NCBI GenBank assembly: GCA_021613535.1
Contig: CP075497.1
Location: 3,410,001-3,474,000, forward strand
Origin: Adineta vaga
Taxonomy: Eukaryota > Animalia > Rotifera
Length of the DNA stretch: 64,000 bases
Direction: 5' to 3'
The notes under the pieces were generated by a model. It did not search any database, was not told the origin of the DNA, and was given only the letters and a program-made list of their open reading frames with translations. Positions 1 to 13,358 of the stretch are shown one piece after another; position 1 is the first letter of the stretch; every line of letters begins with the position of its first letter. The position numbers were made by a program, and so were the translations under genes.

Positions 1-808
1 ATGACTGAAAAAGGACGACAGAACGCAACAAGATGAATGCTCGCTATATGCTTCATCCAGACGAAGAGCGAGCGAGCGAAACATTTTTTCTCTGACCGTT
101 CATACCATATTCTTTACTCACATAAGCTCATGTTCTCACTATCTTCAATAGATTACAATAAAATACAGACGAGATTTAATTTTTTCTCAAAGAATTTCTT
201 TTCTTTTTCTTTCTATAAACTCTATAGTATATATCACAAAATCTGCTAAAGAAAAACAAGCTCTAATAGAAGGGGTTAAAAGTAATTCTTTATTCACATG
301 CAAAGTAATCGAAAGTAAATGAAAAAAAAACAGATAGATTAGCATGTATTTCAGATTCCAATGGAAATTAGATTGCAAAGAAAGCAAAATATTGAAAAAG
401 AATGAATCAATGTTTTGCTCTATTTTCTCTTTGAAACGTTTTTTTATAAAAAGTGATTGTCAAACGATGATATAAAATAATAGAAATAATACTCGAACAA
501 CAAAAAAAAGTACAAATACGTAAAGAATCGGAAAGAATCAGAAAGAAGAAGAAGAAGAAGAAAAACGAAGAGAAAAAGAGATGAGTTGTTCTCGTGTTAT
601 GTATGTGTTCGTGGGGCCGACTAAGGGCAGCATTAGTTTCGTCGAATAATTAACATATTGGCAACATACTCACAGTAGTAGTCATTCATATAAACACGTT
701 ATGAAAAAGAACAACAACAAGAGAGAAAGAACCGCAAATAGAAATTTACATAAAATATCATAAGAACTGTTCTTCTTTATTTTTGTACGGTTAATTTATA
801 ATGAAATC

Positions 809-1418
809 ATGATAGAGAATATCGATGGTAATCATTTAGAAAACTATTTTGTTGTTGAAACTAAACGACATCGACCATGTTTAATATTCTATGGTTATCG
901 TTATGTTCAAGATAAAGTACAAAATCGTACGATTTATTGGCGTTGTGAAGATCGAACAAATTGCAATGGTCGTGCACATCAACTAGTCGGAAATGATTCT
1001 CTACCAATTCTTACAATTAAACATAATCATCAACCATCAGTTGATAATCTAATCATGAATGAAAAGAAAGCTATCGAGAATTTACATGGTCAACGACAAC
1101 ATCTCGATTCTAAAACACATTTATGTCAAGCAAATAGTGAGGGTAAGCGTTTTATGGCATTCTTTTTTCAAATTTTTTCATCTTTTCACATGATCAGGTG
1201 GTAATGATGAAGAACGAGGGCTAGTAGATAGAGCGAGGGCAGTGGATAAGAGAGGATGGGACGGTAAAAGAGAAAGAGAAGCAACGGATGAGGAGGACAA
1301 AATGTCCGTCCGCTTTGCTCGCAGAAGCCGACGGGTCGTCGAAGAAGGAAAGAAGCAAGTGACATATTTTATGTTTTTGTATACGTTTGCATGTATGTTT
1401 CGCTCGAGTTTCGCTTAG
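809..1418 (+). CDS. Stand-alone FLYWCH-type zinc finger protein (2 exons; intron ~1143-1197)
   Basis: Motif CLIFYGYRY...IYWRCEDRTNCNGRAH...HNH matches the FLYWCH C2H2 signature. A GT-AG intron joins it in frame to exon 2, which ends in TAG at 1416-1418. Confidence 0.8.
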
Positions 1419-2353
1419 AAAAAATATTCTTGTATACATCAAGAAGAAGAAAAAACAATAGTAGTCTGTTTTTTTTTCAATTAAATTATCATTTATTTTC
1501 AAAGAAAAGATCACACTTAATATCGATTGAATCTGAGATAAATAAGGTAAGAAGATATTCAGTGTGTGTAATATTTCATGAGTTTTTGACGTCATGGTTT
1601 TTCTAATTTTTTTTCTTTGTACTTTTGAAAACAAAAATAAAACCAGAAAATCAACAAAATATTTTGAAAGAAATTATTCCTATGAAACCACAGTATGTTT
1701 ATTTGGTAAAAATTTGACAGTAACCATTAGAAACACACATTTAAACTTCTTGTTAAACAATCATTCATGGGAAAATATACACTCGTTCGAATCGCTATTG
1801 TTATTTTTTGTTTAGACTTTTTAACTCGGTTTTACAAATAAGGCATTTTTTTGTGACTAAATTCATTCAATTTCTAGTTTAGTTTCATCTTTATCATTCA
1901 GATTTTCTCTATATTCATTCAATCTTTCATTATTCATGAGAATGTCTAGTTTTTTTTCTCAGTTTTTTTATTACACGTTTATCTGAATACTATTAATGCC
2001 ATTTACTGAGAATCGACGAGAGAGAGAGAGAAAATTCGACGTTGATTCTTTTGACCGGCTATATAAAAAGATTTTTACACGCGACCAACCGACTTGCAAC
2101 AAACTGGTACGAACAAGACCGACGTCGGCTATGCTGCTTCTTTTCCTTCAACCAGTGCGAGGTTTCTTTCGTTCGCATTTGTGTATGCAGTATGCTTTGC
2201 ACATGCATTGCGCTCGTATACTCGATAGGAACGGAAAGACAGAGAAGGAGAGAGAGAGCGAACGATTGAAAGGGTAACCATCATCACTACTATCGTTGTT
2301 GAGAGAATGCACAGAAGGGCTGGGCCCCATTTCTCGACCCCTGCATCACGATA

Positions 2354-2389
<36 letters not shown>

Positions 2390-2392
2390 TGA
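2354..2392 (+). repeat. (ATG)12 trinucleotide microsatellite followed by in-frame TGA
   Basis: Read directly from the sequence. Confidence 0.9.
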
Positions 2393-2918
2393 GAAGAAAC
2401 GGAGAAGAATGGGAGAAAAACTCTTTCTACTCATGTTCTGGTAAATTTTGAAAGGTGAGATAATATTAATATCGAAAAAGAGAAGAAATCTATTCCTTAA
2501 TCGATCATTTAACAACATTTATCTGAATTCAAATAATTTTTTTCTATAAAAGCATCTTTAAAACTAAAATATTCTTTTAAGTATAATGTATATTCAACAC
2601 AAAAAGAAGAGTTTTTTTTCTAATCAATCTGATACATCATTTCATTCGTATCGGCAATTAAGTTTCATAATCGTCTAGACATGAGAATGAGATATCTAAT
2701 GATAAAGAAGAAGAAAAAAAATGAACATAAGATGAAAAGAGTTTTTTTTTTTCAAAAAAAACATCTCTATACAGTTTTTTCCATACCATTGATTAATATC
2801 CTACATGTGACTTTTTTTCCTACCAGCGCCAGTTTCGATGTCATGGTGATTATTGTCTTAGTTTGTTTTTATGTATTATTATGTAGATGATCTTTTATTA
2901 TCATCAACATCATCGACC

Positions 2919-5900
2919 ATGACATCGCCAATTAAACTTGAAAATCATCAAAATCGACAGCAACAACAGTATCTACAACATCATCATGGATCCATGGGTA
3001 AAAATCTTCATCTATCAGAAGTAATCACAACCGCTACTGCAATTCATCCTCATCAATATAATGGAATAGATACTCAACGTCAGAATGTAGTTGATCCAAT
3101 TGAAATGACGAAATTATTAAGTAATATAACAACATCAACTAATCTTTCGTCGAAAACAATTCCAACAACGTCAACAATGGATTATTCAAGTCGTTTAAAT
3201 CATTTTTCATGGGAAGAAATCGAAGGGCGATATTTACCAGTGATATTCAGGTACGTCAATAAAAATAACAAAGCATATAGATTGTGATTGATTTTCTTTT
3301 AGAAATGAAAATGATTCTTTACAACGATATACATCCAAGATGTTTGTCGAAAATACTCTTTTTCAAAGTGAATCATGGCAACGACATGCAGTTTTAGCAC
3401 GTTCGCTTCCACCATTGATCTCTTTTCCATATACAGATAATGAACTGAAATTATTTCGTTTAATTGTCGAATGGCATCTCGCAAGTTTTCATTTTAAAAC
3501 AATTCTACCCACTGATTGTCTTATTCGTTTCGATGATCTACTCGATTTTTATAGCGCTTTAAGAAAACTACGTGACACAGTTTCAACAACATCTTTTAAT
3601 CGACAAATTCTCCCACCTCCGCCATCGATTCCGCCATTAGTACCAATGGGACCACCTAAACAGCGTCTTCCTCCATCATCGAATGGTTCATTACAATCAT
3701 TTGAATTACCTACAATGGGAGGAAATTCTTCATTAAAATCCCATGCACATCATCGTCATTCATCAGCAACAGTATCAACAAAACTCTATCCTTCATCAAC
3801 ACATCATTCTCATTCATCAAATTTCCTATTACAACAAAATGCTGATCTAATTGCATCACTCACTAATTCTTCCTCACAACCATTCAATTATCCATCTACT
3901 ATAACTAAACCTAATGTATCACCTTCATCACATATAAATCAGGTAAATAATAAATTTCTTCATTTAATTTAATTTAATTTAATTTCCTCTTCACTTTATT
4001 TTCAGTGGAATGAAGGATTAACAAAAAGTAATGATAAACTTCGTTCATCCGTTTTACGTCATGGAATTCCGATGAATAATTCCCTTCCACATGAACAAAC
4101 TCTACGTGATAAACATTTTTCAATACAAAAACTTTCACAACAAACTCATGATAATAATACTCCTTCAAATCTTTCTCGAGAAACAAAAGAATCTGGTTGG
4201 GTACAGATCAATAATGTTTTCGTTCCGTATGTTGTCAAAATGAAATTATGTGAAAATGAACTTGGTAAATTTATTCAAAATGAATTCTTGTATATAGATA
4301 TAATTGTATTTATTTTCTATAGAAAAATCTTCAACACGTCAAGCACATCCTCAATTACAACGTGAATTCTATGTTCCATATGAAATTCTAATCAAATGTC
4401 ATATATTTTCTGATAATGAATTTGCATTTAAAAAATTTCTTATCAAAGCTACACAACAAGATTTCGATATCTTCAATAATCTAATTTCTAATGTACATAT
4501 ATTCGATGAAAAAGTTCCAGAAAAAACTCTTCTAGTAAATCTTTATCACGTTATGATTGGTCTACAAAAAATTCTCTACGTTAAACTTTTAACAACAAAA
4601 CAACCACGTACACAAGTGAATAAATATCATGCGGAAGTATTAATACACAAAGGTGGAACTCTATTAATGCATAAAAATAAACCTGTTCCATATATCATAC
4701 AAAATAATCGTTTTTATGTTCCATTAGTTTATGCATATCAGTCATTACCACATATTCTTCCACAAGCTAAACGAGGTGCACGAGCACCACGACAATATGA
4801 AATTGATTTTTTAAATTTATTATTTCTTTATTTTTCAATTGATTCACCTCCATTAACATCCGATACATTACTTGTCGATGCGTTTAGCATTAAATCAGCT
4901 GATTTACAAACACCAATTCATTTTCGAACATTGAATGAACATCAACAACATGAAAGAAATCGGTTAACTCAAACAAATAATAAATTAACTAATAAACCTC
5001 TACCACAAGCAACAAAATCATCTGTGTTAACTAATTCTTCGATTCAAAAACCGACTAAATGTCCACCAACAAATGTTGTTGTTAATCCATTAATTCATCA
5101 TCCATCATTTTATGGTTTACCTTCATCGACTTCATCAACCAAACAAAGTTCATCACCATCAGCAAATTCTGTTTCTGTAAATCCTTCATTCTTTCCGATA
5201 GAATTCACAACAAAACGATCGTTGAAACAAGCACAATTGAAAACAATTCAATTTGATAATCGTACATTAACTGTTATTGTTAAATCACCTGAAATATCAA
5301 AATCCGATTGGAAAATATCTGTTCGACATATTTTCGAAAGATTTTCATTTGATATTAATTATGACAAATTCATTCAATGGTGTCAAACAAATCTTCTCTT
5401 ACCATTTATTAAATTAGATGATGAAGAAAAGAAAATTGTGAATGATTATCCCGATGATTATTTCGTTCATTTTCGACATCTTGAACGATGCATAGCATTA
5501 CTTAATGATCTTAAACGTGGAACGATTAGTATGACATTATTACCACCAACAAATAACGAATCACAACAGCAACAGCAACAACAACAACAAAATGGACCCA
5601 TGAAATCACCGTTAGCAGGTATGTACACATTTTTTGACATAGATATCGGAAATGAAAACGAATATTTGTGTATTATTCGATTTGATAGGTGCTAAAAAAC
5701 GTAAAACAACAGTACCAACTACACGTCATATTCCACCCTCATCTCAATCATTATCACGAATATCTTCTATAAATGATCCAAAGCCTATTTCTGAAGACAA
5801 TGGTCATCGATCACTTGAATTACCTTTAAATAATGAACCCATTCTCGCAATACCATCACCACTACTTACAGATAATTTACCGATAGAAAATGATGATGAT

Positions 5901-6776
5901 GATGATGACGACGACGACAACGACGATAATGATCGAATGCCTGTTGTCGATACTGTTGAAGAAGAGCAAACAATTCAAGAACCAAATTCATCATTTCTAA
6001 TTGTGGAATCGAACGATGGTGATGATGGAAAAATTCATCTTGACGATACTTTACCATCCTGTTCGTCAGGTTATGAATCGGCAGCTCCATTGACGAATGT
6101 TGACGTAAACATGACTCATAATCCTAGTAGTGATGACGATGACGACGGCGATGATGATGATGATGATGAAACAAATTCGATGATACGTTCAAGAGAACAT
6201 TCACCTACATGTCAATCTGAACAATCACTAACACCGATTTTATCAACTGTTTCATCGAATATTCAGTTGAATTCGAATAATCAAGAAGCAATTCAATTAT
6301 CACCGGTGACTACTAATCAAAAAACGAATCTTCGACAGCGTGATAAACACGGTAAATTTCGTGCACGATCTCGTTCACCAACCCCACGTTATAATAAAAA
6401 GAAGCGTTCATCAAATGAACATAATTTACCAGGAAATACTATCACAAGCGATCAAATTGAACATCATTTACGAACATTATTAACGCCTGCTAATGAACAA
6501 CAACGACGTACACGAACAAGGCCAATTAAAACTCCAGTACGTCTTGTCGAAGAGATCGCATCAAATAATTCTATAAAATCAACTGAAACAGATCATGATC
6601 AGTTTGATACATATTTAACATCGCCATCTGAAACATCAACCGATGCAATAACAAAATCTTACAGTGATGATTCACTTTCGACTCAGCATTCACATCCAAC
6701 ATGCACATATAATGTAACAATATCAAATAAACCTAATAAATTAGGTTTAACTATAAAGAAAATTATTCAACGATAA
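2919..6776 (+). CDS. Large uncharacterised, probably nuclear protein with three related globular modules and an acidic/Ser-rich disordered tail
   Basis: ORFs at 2871, 3340, 4072, 4304 and 5652 are linked by short GT-AG introns (e.g. 3251-3302). It contains NLS-like AKKRK and KKKR and poly-D/poly-Q tracts. The start codon is uncertain. Confidence 0.75.
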
Positions 6777-7295
6777 GAAATTATCTATATTTGTTTTCAA
6801 ATCTGGCTGAGAAACAGTCGATTTATTTTTGATTTTGTCATTTGCTTTTTAATCAACTGTATATGTTTTGAGAAAGTTCACTTCTTTTCTTTCCGATTAT
6901 TATTTCGTCAATTCTTTATTTCTGTCATTGAATTGATTTGAAAACAAAATCAAAAAGAAACTCCTTCCCGTTCGAACCATAACCTATATATGTATATAGA
7001 TTTATTGTTGTTATGACTCTATTCTCTCTTTCTCATGTTTAAATATCCGTGCATATTTCTTCTATACATCGAATTTTCGTTGTATTTCTTTTGTTTTGTT
7101 TGTTTTTGTATGAAACTCCTCATGTTGATTGTTATTTGCTTACTTCATTGCTTTTCTGATGATAGTTCAGGAGAATAAGACTTATGTATGAATTTCAAAA
7201 AAGAAAAGAAAAACATGAGCTTTGAATTCATATGATCAATCATATGTATGTTGAGTTGTTTTTTTTTTATTTGGAATTATTGTATGGAAATGTTT

Positions 7296-8962
7296 TTATG
7301 ATTCAACAATCATTCCACTGAGCAAATAACCACTTGCACCAGACATACGAATGAATGGATGGGTTCGTTCATCGAGAACCTATAAATAGAATAAAGAAGA
7401 AGAAGAAGATAATTGTTATAATTACAAATATTTACTGTACCTGATATTCTCGTAGCCACGAATCAGCTACTTCAACATGAATAGTACCTCCACGTTTTTT
7501 CAAGAATTGATAGCATTCCAATAAGCTCTAAAATAAATCTATTAATAGATTTCATTTGTTTTCAATGAAGTTACTTGAATAGATTGCGAATAAATCACGA
7601 AATGTGAAGATAATGTCAAGTAATCAACTAAATGTTGTAAAATTGATAATGAATCATATTTAGTTGCAATAATTAAACTAAAATAAGGATAGATTTTCTT
7701 TGTAATTTGAATAGATTGAATCTATTTTTACCTATTGAGTTTAGTTTTTTCGAATAATTGTAAACCATCAAGACGTCGTTGACGACGTGCTTGAGCTTGT
7801 AAAGTTTTTTCATTAGCTTCTTCTTTTAATGGTTTTATTTGATTAGCACGTTCAACAGCATTTGTATCACCTTTTCACAATGATTAACACATATTTACAT
7901 ATTTCGGAACTTGAAAAACCTTACTTACCAACGTTTTCAATTGGAATGCTATAAACATTCGACGTATAATCTTCAGAAAAGTCCATAAAATCACAACAAG
8001 GGCTAAAATAGAGAATTTCAAATGGCATTTCCACAAAACTTTTCGTTTTAAACATACGCAGTGGAATTATGTTCACCAGCTGGCGTTAAATTAAATACTA
8101 ATCCATTTCCACCAGCACAACGTTGAATCACAGAAGCTAAAATGAGTCCTTGACATGATTCGACAATACCAACATTTGATTCATGATTTACATTTGATAA
8201 TGATAAAAGCATGGCTAATGTATCTCGTCGTAAATACCTTAAACAAATATTATTCAAATCAGTATTGAAAAAATTCAGAAAGTCATATTACATGATTTTT
8301 TGTAAATCATGTGTATATGCTTGACATAATAAACGTATACTTGGTTTCCATGCTCGATAGATTAGAATATATCTTCAAACAAAGATGCGAAGAATATGAG
8401 ATAATGAAGAGATAATTTTTCAAATTACTTTTTCTTTTTTTTATTTAAATACTTCTGTTGTGAATAAACTGTTTTCTTTTCAAATGTTGCACTTTTTGAA
8501 ACTAATTGAGAGATTATTGTTTGACCTGATGCACCTTCAGATTTCATTTGTTCAATTTCATCATGTTTTAAAGTTTGATTAGCAGTTCCTTCATCACACA
8601 AATCTCGATTATCTTGACCGGCAGTATCCATCGATGTATCTTCTACGAATAATAAAGCAAAGTCATATGTTTTGTGAAAGTTTTCTTTGAGAAAAACCTG
8701 GTTGAATTAGAGTTTTAGCTTCTTTGGTATCAATTTTGCATAAATGTCGATCTTTCAGTTCGAAATAAGATCCATCACATTCATCAATGAGATGATCAAG
8801 AAAGATTTTATGCTTATCGATAAATATCGGTCTAAACATAACGATGATTTTGATAAATTGTATTCGAAACGGATTGTCTTACCGATCTTTACGAATTTGG
8901 ACGATTTTAGTTCGATCATGACATGTTAAAACTGCATGATTTCCATCTTTAAACATTGCCAT
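7296..8962 (-). CDS. TRMT6: tRNA m1A58 methyltransferase non-catalytic subunit (Gcd10/TRM6), multi-exon
   Basis: Typical Gcd10 motifs: DNRDLCDEGTANQTLKHDEIEQMK, SATFEKKTVYSQQKYLNKKKKK, YLRRDTLAMLLSLSNV, ESCQGLI, and C-terminal THPFIRMSGASGYLLSG. Confidence 0.93.
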
Positions 8963-9253
8963 CTAGAATAAATATCAACATCATTACTCTATTAAATCAA
9001 AAATTGCGTATAGGAAATACAAGTGCTTTTTACAAAAAAAGAACATAGATATTCGTTAAGATTGATTGTTCCATTTCATTGAATTCAATAAAATGACTAT
9101 CCCATTCTCATTTGAATGTATTATGTGTTTAAAGCATCTAGCAAATAAGTCATCAGAAAAAACTTATACAAAGGAAAAAAGCGACTAGAATAGAAGAGAA
9201 AAAATGAATTTGTCATTTATAAACATAAACGCTTGTATATGATACAAATATCT

Positions 9254-11435
9254 CTAACGAGATGATGATGATGATGATGATGCTTTGGCAAAGACGTCAC
9301 TAATGGCGTGAAGAATTATTGAAATCGCATAAGCACCTGGATCAATACCAGGTGTATCGACTGCTTTCGTATATGACGCTCGGCCAACTTTGGGAACGAG
9401 TGTTTTAGTTTCAAGTGCGGCACGTTCAGCAACAAGAGCTAAATCTTTCCAATCTTGTGATGTAAAACCTTGTTGTACACGTTTTGATTTAATGAAATCA
9501 ACAGCTGGAATCAAAGCATCCAATAAACTTTTATCACCTGGTTGTACACGTGCATACGATTCAACAGATTGAATACCAGTTTCAAATGCATCGCTTAAAC
9601 TATCGATTATTATACCTGATTTAATAGATAATGATAAATTTTTTGCTACAGCTGCCAAAAACAATCCACAAACTATATAAAAACACAGAATCAGTTAAAT
9701 ATTAATTTAGAAGAAAGGCATCTCTTTACTTGCACCACATGTGCCACCCATTCGACTTTCAGCAATAAGACCAAGACGACGAAATAAGGATGAAGGACGA
9801 TCAAGAATTAATTTTCCATTGGCTAGATCATCTGTCATTGTATCCGCTGCACGGGCAAATGCTGTGCCTGTGTCACCATCACCTGAGATTGCATCCAATC
9901 GATTAAGTTTATCAGTTTCACTATGAAGTCTTTTAATAACTGTGTGAAGTGCTTGATTAATTAATTCAGCCATCGTTGGATCTAATACTAAATCTGATTG
10001 ACTAAACAGCAAAATATATGTTCATTGTTTTTTTCAAATTTGCCTGTAAAATTCTTACTTAATTACAAGTTGAGCTGTAAATTGATCATTAAATTCTAAT
10101 GAATCAGATAGTGTTTGAATACTAGTTGGTAATTGTGTTGGACTTATTACTTTTGGCCAAGCAAATGCATCTGTTGGAGCATCAAGTAGATTCAATATTG
10201 TTGAACTCATATCTGTTGTTAATTTCAGTACTGTTAATGAAAATCCTTTCATATTAAATGATGTCATCATTTCTCCACAAATAATACGTTTAACGTGCAA
10301 TGCTCGATGTTCTAGATTTTCGATAGCATCTTTCACGATAATACCAAATTCAAGATTTGAACAACCACCTAAAGACAAATGAATGATTCAGGGTGAAAGA
10401 GAGAAAGAAGGAAATTGTTGAAAAACCAAACCAAGATTATTGACTAGAAGAAGAACATTATCATCACGTTTGATATCTAATGCACGTGTACCACGAAAAA
10501 GTTGACCAAATGCTAAATCAGCTGCTTGTCGTGAAGGTAGAAGTTTCAATTTTTGAGCACCACTTTCACCATGAATGCCCATACCTAATTCCATTTCATC
10601 ATCTAATAACTAAATGAATCAAATGATGAGTTTATTCTCTATTCGAACGAGATTTGAATTATTACATACTTCGAATGATTGTTGTTGACCTGGTGTTCGA
10701 ATGCCCGAAGCAGATAAACCAATAGTACGTAATTGGCCTCGAACTTTTTGACAAACATCAACAATTTCACTCATCACTTTCCCTTGTTCAGCTAATGCTC
10801 CTGCAATTTTAATAACTAATAATAATCCAGCTAAACCTCGAGGTCTACACAAGAAATGATCATATGAATTTTCTAATTAACAGTTGTTTTCTTTCACTCA
10901 CCCGATCGCATTATCAACAGCAGCATCATCAGCTACTACTAACATGTCGATATCGATAGATAATTCACGGGCTCGTTCCATTGCTAAACCAAAGTTTAGT
11001 CGATCGCCAGTATAATTCAAAATAATTAAAAGGATCTGTTTAGCACCACGACGTTTCATTTCAATAATAAGTCGAAAGATATCCGATGATGGTGGAGATG
11101 CAAATATCGAACCAGATATACCTACATATCAATATTTTAAACTTTTATTTTCTCTATTTACCTAAAAATACAATCTCTTACAAGCACTTAATAGACCACG
11201 ACCAACAAATCCAACCTAAATCATAAAATTCAGTTTGAAATTTTCGTGTTGTCCTAAAATTTACCGTCGCTGGTTCATGACCAGAACCATTTCCACTTAT
11301 AATTGCAACAGATGGAACTTGCGATCGAGCAATAACTGCTCTACCAGCTAATTCTAAATGACTATTCGCACGAACATAACCAGTCAATGATTCATCGACG
11401 CATGAATGAACATCGTTTATAAAATAGCCTGGCAT
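9254..11435 (-). CDS. TKFC: Dihydroxyacetone kinase / triokinase-FMN cyclase (Dak1+Dak2 domains), multi-exon
   Basis: Motifs SGNGSGHEPA, NYTGDRLNFGLA, RGLAG, ELGMGIHGESG, LDAISGDGDTG, MGGTCGA, GDKSLLDAL, GRASY and DPGA. Confidence 0.95.
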
Positions 11436-11469
11436 CTGAAAAGAAAACGAAAATCTCTTTTCTTTTTTT

Positions 11470-13358
11470 TTACTGAGGAGAAGTAAATCCTGCTGGTGCG
11501 TTTTTATTAGTAGCATTTTGCACACAAAGATAAAGAAATCGTTCACCCATATATTCAGGACTAACTAATTTTTCTACAGAACTCAGAATTTCCTTCTGTT
11601 CCTCTGGTGATTTATTGCGAGCCAGTGTCTAAATAAGAGAAAGAAAAACAGTTTTAGATTTACAATAATAATAAGAATCGAAGGATTTCTTACTGATGCT
11701 CGTATATCTATACCCAAATTATAGAGAAAATTCCGTTGAGAAACAGGTCCATAGAAATGAACTAAAAAAAGTAATTTCGAATGATTAAAAATGAAATATT
11801 TCTTCTCACCATTTGATATTTGATTTCCACTTAAAGCTAACTCTTCAAAATCAACATCTGCTGTTATATCAATGTTTCCTGGATCTGACAATGCATCAAC
11901 AACTTCATGTTTACGAAAACCCTAATAAAACAAATGTTTAGACATAAAATCAATTGATTCATATCACATACACGAAATGTATCTTCTTTTTCTCCCCAGT
12001 GACCATAATCTCCAATTAATGCTGAACCACCATGAGTTGCGATATGTTTACATATTGCTTGCATCATTACCGAACGTTCTGGACTTATTTCTACATGTTG
12101 TCGATCATCGATACTATTTAGAAACTGAAAAAAAATACACTAGATTAGTATTATTTATTCACGTTAAATCATACATTGTGATAAAGTCGACTCATTGTCG
12201 TTTGTTTGGAAGATAAAACATATTGAAGTTGTTTAGTAGTTGGATTCCAATCGATCATGACTTCTTTCCAACCTTGTGGAGTTTTCTTTGAAATAGAAAA
12301 GAAAATATTCATTCGTATAATATGCGATGATAATTTACTTGAAATTTATGAATTGGATATGCATCAAATAGTTCATTAGTAATAAAATAGGTCTTTTGAG
12401 AATGCAATTGATTAAGATTATCAATCCATATTAGCGAATAATTACCATCTGGAATTCGATAATCATTTAAAATGATTGGATCAAACTTTAGAGAGAAAAA
12501 ATTTCTAAATAACGCATTGAAGTTTTATTTATCTTCTTGAAATTACCGAACGATTGAGTAATATTTCTGCTTGACGCCGTCGCATCAATGGACTAGCTTC
12601 GTACAAAGCAATCGATGTATGTGCATCTGAATATTTCCGTTTTCTTAATACCTTAAAATCTACAGTTTCTTCTTTAAACATGAAGAAAAAACTTACTCGA
12701 ATTATATCATTCATCAATGTTCCTCGACCAGGTCCCAATTCTACTAATTGTAAATCCTTACCACCATCATTGGAATGTTCATACATAACCCATACAGCCA
12801 ATAACTAATTTCACAAAATGATCAAATCAAACAATCAAAGACTGAATCAACATACTTCACCGAAGATCTGACTTATTTCTGGTGCCGTAATAAAATCACC
12901 TTTCTTTCCAAATACTTCATGTCGTGTATAATAACCCTAAAAGAAAAATGAAAATAACCAGATGCATTTCATGAATGTCATTGCACATAGAAAGTATGAT
13001 TTTAGAACGCACATATTGTGGATTTAATAATGATTCACGCATAAATTCAGCGATTGTTATAGGACCACCAGCTTTGATTCTTGTTGACAATTGTTTTACT
13101 AAACCATTTGTATCGGATGAAGCCCAAGATGTTGACGTATTTGATGACGAAGGTTTAGTCAAGTCATGTGTTGAATTTGATCGATATCGATAAGAAAACA
13201 AATGATAGATACGTGGGAAAATACTAGTGAATTTTGACGAATGGCGAACATCTGAAATCGAATTACGTACCTATATAAGAATGATTGATGTTTACTACGA
13301 GAAGTGGTTCTTTAAGAAGATTATTGGATTAACTTCAACTAGTTTATCATACTGTCAT
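11470..13358 (-). CDS. NDUFAF7: Mitochondrial protein arginine methyltransferase NDUFAF7 (MidA), multi-exon
   Basis: Motifs GPITIAEFMRESLLNP, GDFITAPEISQIFGE, LVELGPGRGTLM, NELFDAYPIHKF, GDYGH, DPGNIDITADVDF and YMGERF. The start at 13358 (ATG ACA|gt micro-exon) is tentative. Stop TAA is at 11470-11472. Confidence 0.93.

Noticed and set aside
809-1204. Active Mutator-like transposon
   Set aside because: I saw no transposase catalytic domain, TIRs or target-site duplication.
1221-2890. Several 60-137 aa ORFs, including the poly-His ORF 2129-2518 (-)
   Set aside because: They are low-complexity F/L/K-rich translations of AT-rich noncoding DNA and microsatellites, with no domain signal.
9254-11435. 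DAK as a horizontally acquired bacterial/fungal gene
   Set aside because: The fused Dak1-Dak2 form with many introns is normal for animal TKFC. HGT cannot be supported without a phylogeny.
11436-11473. Possible 38-nt cis-intron (GTAAAA...TTCAG) fusing NDUFAF7 to DAK
   Set aside because: Splicing would put DAK out of frame (CA|ATG gives CAA TGC...TAA), and the intron is shorter than the others here. No fusion protein is supported.
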